DNA of 64,000 bases. Origin: Haliotis rubra. Lineage: Eukaryota. Under the pieces are notes generated by a model. That model saw nothing but the letters and a program-made list of their open reading frames with translations, did no database searches and was not told where the DNA came from. Position numbers and translations under genes: made by a program. How positions within the stretch are numbered: the stretch's first letter is position 1; every line of letters starts with the position of its first letter. Positions 60,101 through 64,000 of this stretch are shown here, one piece after another. The stretch covers positions 930,001 through 994,000 of the forward strand of contig NW_025767020.1 of the NCBI RefSeq assembly GCF_003918875.1, written 5' to 3'.

Positions 60101-63100
60101 CAAAGATCCTGTGAAAAGTGAAAACCCTATTAAATATACCTATACTATTGCCCCTTATCCCAACTTAATTCCCCAAAATAATGTTCCCTGCAAAATACAA
60201 CAAAAATTAACAACCTAACATTATCTAACCAAAACTTAAGAAACTTAAAACACTGTTTGCCTAGTTTACAGAAACAATAGGGAATTTCACACCTTACTTG
60301 CCTCTGTAAGACCCCAGAGTGCAGAGGAAAAAATAATCTGCCCTTTTATACCCCTAACCTATAACTCTTACCCAATAAAATCCATGCTCTGAAAAATACC
60401 CAATAAATGCCTACAAAAGAAAAGTTCAGTGGACTGATCCCTCTGCTCATGAGATGCACATGCACTGGCACATCCCATTGCATAACAATGGGGAAGAAGC
60501 ATACTAGGCACTTGCCTAGCGGGTCCTTACCCCTCAAGAGCTAATGGACCAGCCCACTGAAGGCTAAGCCTGGTGTGTTATTTTTAGCCCAGCCTATGCC
60601 TAACAAGTCCCCACCCTAAAACAAGCCTAATTTCTACTAAAAAAATAACTCTACCATTACACAATATTAGCCTACCATGGCAAGGTCAAAGCCTTAGATG
60701 TCAATAAAAAACATGATCAATGTTCCAAAGCCTTCCATCTCAGTAACAGTATCTGGTCAGTTTCTAATTCCAAGCACCATGTCAGTCTTCAAACAGTCTA
60801 CCACATCAATTACATGTCTTGCCAATCTTCAAATGCTAACCAAATCAATGAAATGTGTAGGTCAGTATTATCAAAAGCCAATCATATCAACATTAGGGTC
60901 AGTTTGCAAAAGCTTACTATGTCAAAAACAAGTAAGTCTTTTCTGGTCTACTATTTCTATAAAATGTATGGTCAATTTTCAAATGCCAACCAAATCAATA
61001 AAATCTGGTCAATCTTCAAAAGCCTACCATAATCTGGTCAATCTTCAAAAGCTTACCATGTCAATGAAATCTGGTCTTTCTTCAAAAACCAATCATGTCA
61101 ATGAAATCTGGTCATTCTTCAAACCTACCATATCAATGAAATCTGGTCAATCTTCAAAAGCTTACCATATCAATGAGATTAGTCAATCTTCAAAAGCTTA
61201 CCATGTCAATAGTGTCTAGTCATTCTTCAAAAAGCATACCATGTCAATGAGAAGTCTGGTCAATCTTCAAAAGCCTACCAAATCAATAAAATGAATGGCC
61301 AATCTTCAAAAGCTTACCATGTCAATGAAGTCTGGTCAATCTTTAAAAGCATACCATGTCAATGAGAAGTCTGGTCAATCTTCAAAAGCCTACCATGTCA
61401 ATGAGAAGTCTGGTCAATCTTCAAAAGCCTACCATGTCAATGAGAAGTCTGGTCAATCTTCAAAAGCCTACCAAATCAATAAAATGAATGGCCAGTCTTC
61501 AAAAGCTTACCAGGTCAATAAGAAGTCTGGCACATTCCACATGGTCATTGATGGTAGCAATATGCAGGGCGGCAAAATTGTCCTCACCCTTCTGAAGATT
61601 CACAACGCCCGCGTCTCTCTTCAAAATGGCCTGTGTGGCGCTGAAACAGAGTGATATAGTTTATGGCGACTTGGACCAGAAATAGGGTCTCTTTGTAGTT
61701 GCATGTCGAAGAGTTACATCCCTTTGCTTGTCGACTGCAGATGTTTGTGCACACACATTTGAAAGGGTTATTCTTGGAGTGGTAAAACAAGGCTTACCCT
61801 GTTATTTGACTGGTATTGATTGAATCATACTGTTTAAATCATGGCACAGTTGTAAAGCAAAATGGCTGAAAATCAGAATTACTGACAAACACACAGTTTT
61901 CAGTTCTGAGGCTCATGTCAACATTAGTGAGTGAGTTTAGTTTTTAAGCTGCACTCAGCAATATTCCAGCTATATGGCATAGATCTGTATATAATCGAGC
62001 CTGGCCAGAAAATCCAGTGATCAATAGCATGAGCATCGACCAATGCAAATGGGATACGACCATATGTGCCAACCAAGTCAGTGAGCCTGACCACCCGATC
62101 CCGTTAGTCACCTTTTACGACAAGTATGGGTTACTGAAGATCAATTCTAACCCGGATCTTCACGGGTTCATTCCAGCATTAAGTGACATCATTGTTCATA
62201 TGACTGATTACCTCACACTGGGCAATCATCAATTCTCATTTACCTGACTGTCACATTACCAAATACAGAGAGAGGCACACATGTCTATTTGAACCTGTGT
62301 AAGACTTACATGACTGTGATGTTTTGTTTGTTTCATTGTTGTCCAACACCGCACTGAAAAACTCCAATGTTATCCCATGGTCTAAATTTTGCATTGAGTT
62401 ATCAATACTGGAAATCCTGGTTGGTAAAATGCAAGCAATTGTTCTTTTTGTTCAAATGATCTTTCACAAGTACACAATTCACCTGGTGTTTCCGGTGAAG
62501 GCAGCAAACTGCAGTGGATTGAACCCTTTCTTGTTGGGAATGCGGAGGTCAATCTTGGCAGCTCTCATCAGAAGGTCAACAGCCTCCCTGTTCCCCTTCT
62601 GAATGGCATCATGGAGGGCTGTGTCACCAACTACATCCTGAAATATACGGTAAGTTAATTAAGTTTAAAAATGAAGTTGAAGTTGAAACATATTTTGCAG
62701 AAGTTGACTGTGTGGAAGAAAACATCAATAAACCTCTGAAAATATCAGAGTCAACTGTATGATTTCAACCAAAAAAAAAACAAAACAAAAAAAACAAAAA
62801 AAAAATATGCTGATGGTTGTCTAATGCAAAAAAATTTACCAAAGTAACAGTTCCAATCCCATAATGATTACAATATGTGAAGTCAATTCTTGGTCTCATC
62901 TGCCATTATGCAAATAGACTATTGCTAAAAGAGGCATAAAATCACACTCACTCCTTTTAACATGTTTACACAAAAATGTTATATTTTAAAAACATGAAGA
63001 CACTTCACTTTCTAAGTTATACACAAATCAAATTCGTGTTTTGAATCAGCATTTTATTTGCTTTGTTTGATGTTTAACACCGCACTCAGCAATATTCCAG

Positions 63101-63532
63101 CTATATGGCAGCAGTCTGTAAATAATCAAGTCTGGACCAGACAATCAAGTGATCAACATTCTTAGCATCAATCTTCGCAAATGGGATGCAATGACATGTG
63201 TCAATCAAGTCAGCGAGCCTGACCACCCAATCCCATTAGTTCCCTTTTATGACAAGCATGGGTTGCAGAAGATCTGGATCTTCAAGTGCTTGAATCAGCA
63301 AGAACCAGTAAACTGAGTAATACCTTATTGTCAAGTCTTGTGTGGAAAGTTGGTTTGGTCACCTGACAGTCTTACCTTTGCGTTGACGTTGCATCCCTTC
63401 TTGATGAGCTCCATCATGACATGCGGAAGGTTTGCAAAGGCGGCGAAGTGAAGGGCTGTCCTGTTCTGATGGTTACACACCTGTACACTGGCCCCTTTCT
63501 CCAACAGCAGCTGGGCTGTTTTCTCCTTCTTT
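54139..63532 (-). CDS. Mind-bomb-like ankyrin-repeat RING E3 ubiquitin ligase, 3' portion (5' exons lie beyond the window). Exons 63532-63376, 62637-62483, 61640-61511, 58955-58853, 58238-58141, 57196-57014 (1-nt frameshift at ~57138), 54932-54700, 54191-54139
   Basis: Ankyrin repeats RTALHFAA, GDTALHDAI..NKKGFNPLQFAA, FAALHIATINDHVECARLLI, GSTALHLAC, GNTALHITL, GATPLEVA; the GDT.LHDAI..GFN.L..AA repeat resembles MIB1/2. RING: CAKCMD..ITLMPCGHKVLCRQC..CPLC. Intron phases are consistent once the frameshift is corrected. The protein ends DPPCKVQ*. Confidence 0.85.
55235..56870. repeat. Intronic 50-bp minisatellite (~32 units; GGGTGCAGGGACCTATTCTTCCCCAGAACACTAATGGAGACACAAGCATG), degenerating leftward
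   Basis: Tandem units; the ORFs here are by-products of the repeat. Confidence 0.95.
57748..57913 (-). mobile_element. Full-length S2 SINE with 12-bp TSD TTAATGTTATGA
   Basis: TSD at 57736-57747 and 57914-57925. Confidence 0.9.
58438..58596 (-). mobile_element. S2 SINE with 13-bp TSD AATCACCATAGAG
   Basis: TSD at 58425-58437 and 58597-58609. Confidence 0.88.
58976..59366. mobile_element. Probable MITE with imperfect TIRs and a TTAATG/CATTAA-rich interior
   Basis: actggatccggatgtatca versus ccagggcccggttgtatca (reverse complement of the right end). Confidence 0.55.
59922..60661. mobile_element. Probable solo LTR (740 bp, TGTAA...TTACA, 4-bp TSD CAAT) inserted in the decayed distal part of the 39-bp array
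   Basis: CAAT at 59918-59921 and 60662-60665; terminal TGTAA/TTACA; both flanks resemble the 39-bp repeat. Confidence 0.7.
60670..61532. repeat. 37-39-bp minisatellite derived from an exon/5'-splice-donor junction of the ankyrin-RING gene
   Basis: Minus-strand unit GACTTCTCATTGACATG|GTA(A/G)GCTTTTGAAGATTGACCA versus the true junction GACTTCTTATTGACCTG|GTAAGCTTTTGAAGACTGGCCA at 61511/61510. Confidence 0.9.
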
Positions 63533-63609
63533 CTGAATGATCAAGAGAGGGAGAGTCAAGGTAAATGCCTCACCCAATGGCATTCCATTACGGAAGTAAG
63601 TGATCATGA

Positions 63610-63754
63610 GTGAGTGAGTTTAATTATTTCACCAATTTTTAGCAATATTCCAGCAATAACACAGCGAGGACACCAGAAATTTGCTTCACATATTGTACCA
63701 ATATTGGGAATAGAACCCGGGTCTTCAGCGTGATGGGGCCACCCCACTGCCCCA
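63610..63754 (-). mobile_element. S2 SINE (internally deleted) with 12-bp TSD AAGTGATCATGA
   Basis: TSD at 63598-63609 and 63755-63766. Confidence 0.85.
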
Positions 63755-64000
63755 AAGTGATCATGAATGTAGGTTGTTCTGAGTATGCTATAATATACTC
63801 AGTAGCAGGCTATGGTTAAGACACATTATGTGTAATATTCCAGGGCAAATTTTGAATTCAAATGAAACACTGCACATAAAATTTGGACAATGGGACCATA
63901 CGTGTCTTGTGACGACAAATGAAATATTGCATCAGGACTTCAAAACCAAACAGCCTGGAGAATTTGGCCGAGATTGACCTCATCCTTTTCAAACAGAAGA

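Noticed and set aside
60698-61654. Plus-strand ORFs with SGQSSKAYHVNEK repeats
   Set aside because: Antisense translation of the 39-bp donor-derived minisatellite and an ankyrin exon.

Overview
This is eukaryotic, repeat-rich, low-GC DNA with spliced genes and two assembly gaps (1947-2099, 18305-18482). The SINE repertoire suggests a marine mollusc, possibly a gastropod such as abalone (inference). Six genes can be reconstructed by reading splice sites by hand. (1) A BTB-BACK gene on the minus strand (~5.7-6.9 kb). (2-4) Three tandem paralogous 3-exon genes on the plus strand (17540-19830, 29036-32797, 36935-40109) encoding secreted, probably GPI-anchored, 10-Cys Ly6/uPAR three-finger (Quiver/Sleepless-like) proteins. 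(5) A small EGF-repeat type-I membrane receptor, MEGF10/SCARF-like (minus strand, 42581-48413). (6) The 3' part of a Mind-bomb-like ankyrin-RING E3 ligase (minus strand, 54139 to beyond 63532) that ends in a CaaX box (CKVQ). Mobile DNA includes an internally deleted BEL/Pao element with both LTRs and a TSD, a near-full-length RTEX-like LINE, two decayed Tc1 elements, a solo LTR, a Penelope fragment, MITEs and three SINE families. The LINE has a 2A (StopGo) motif in ORF1, and its ORF2 follows in frame after a single TGA. Minisatellites have units of 36, 50, 39 and 18 bp. The most unusual signal is that tandem repeats have grown out of exon/splice-site junctions in three different genes. The clearest case is a 10-unit array in which the signal-peptide exon and 5' splice donor of the second three-finger gene are amplified together with a tRNA-SINE head carrying Pol III A/B boxes and a T4 run.
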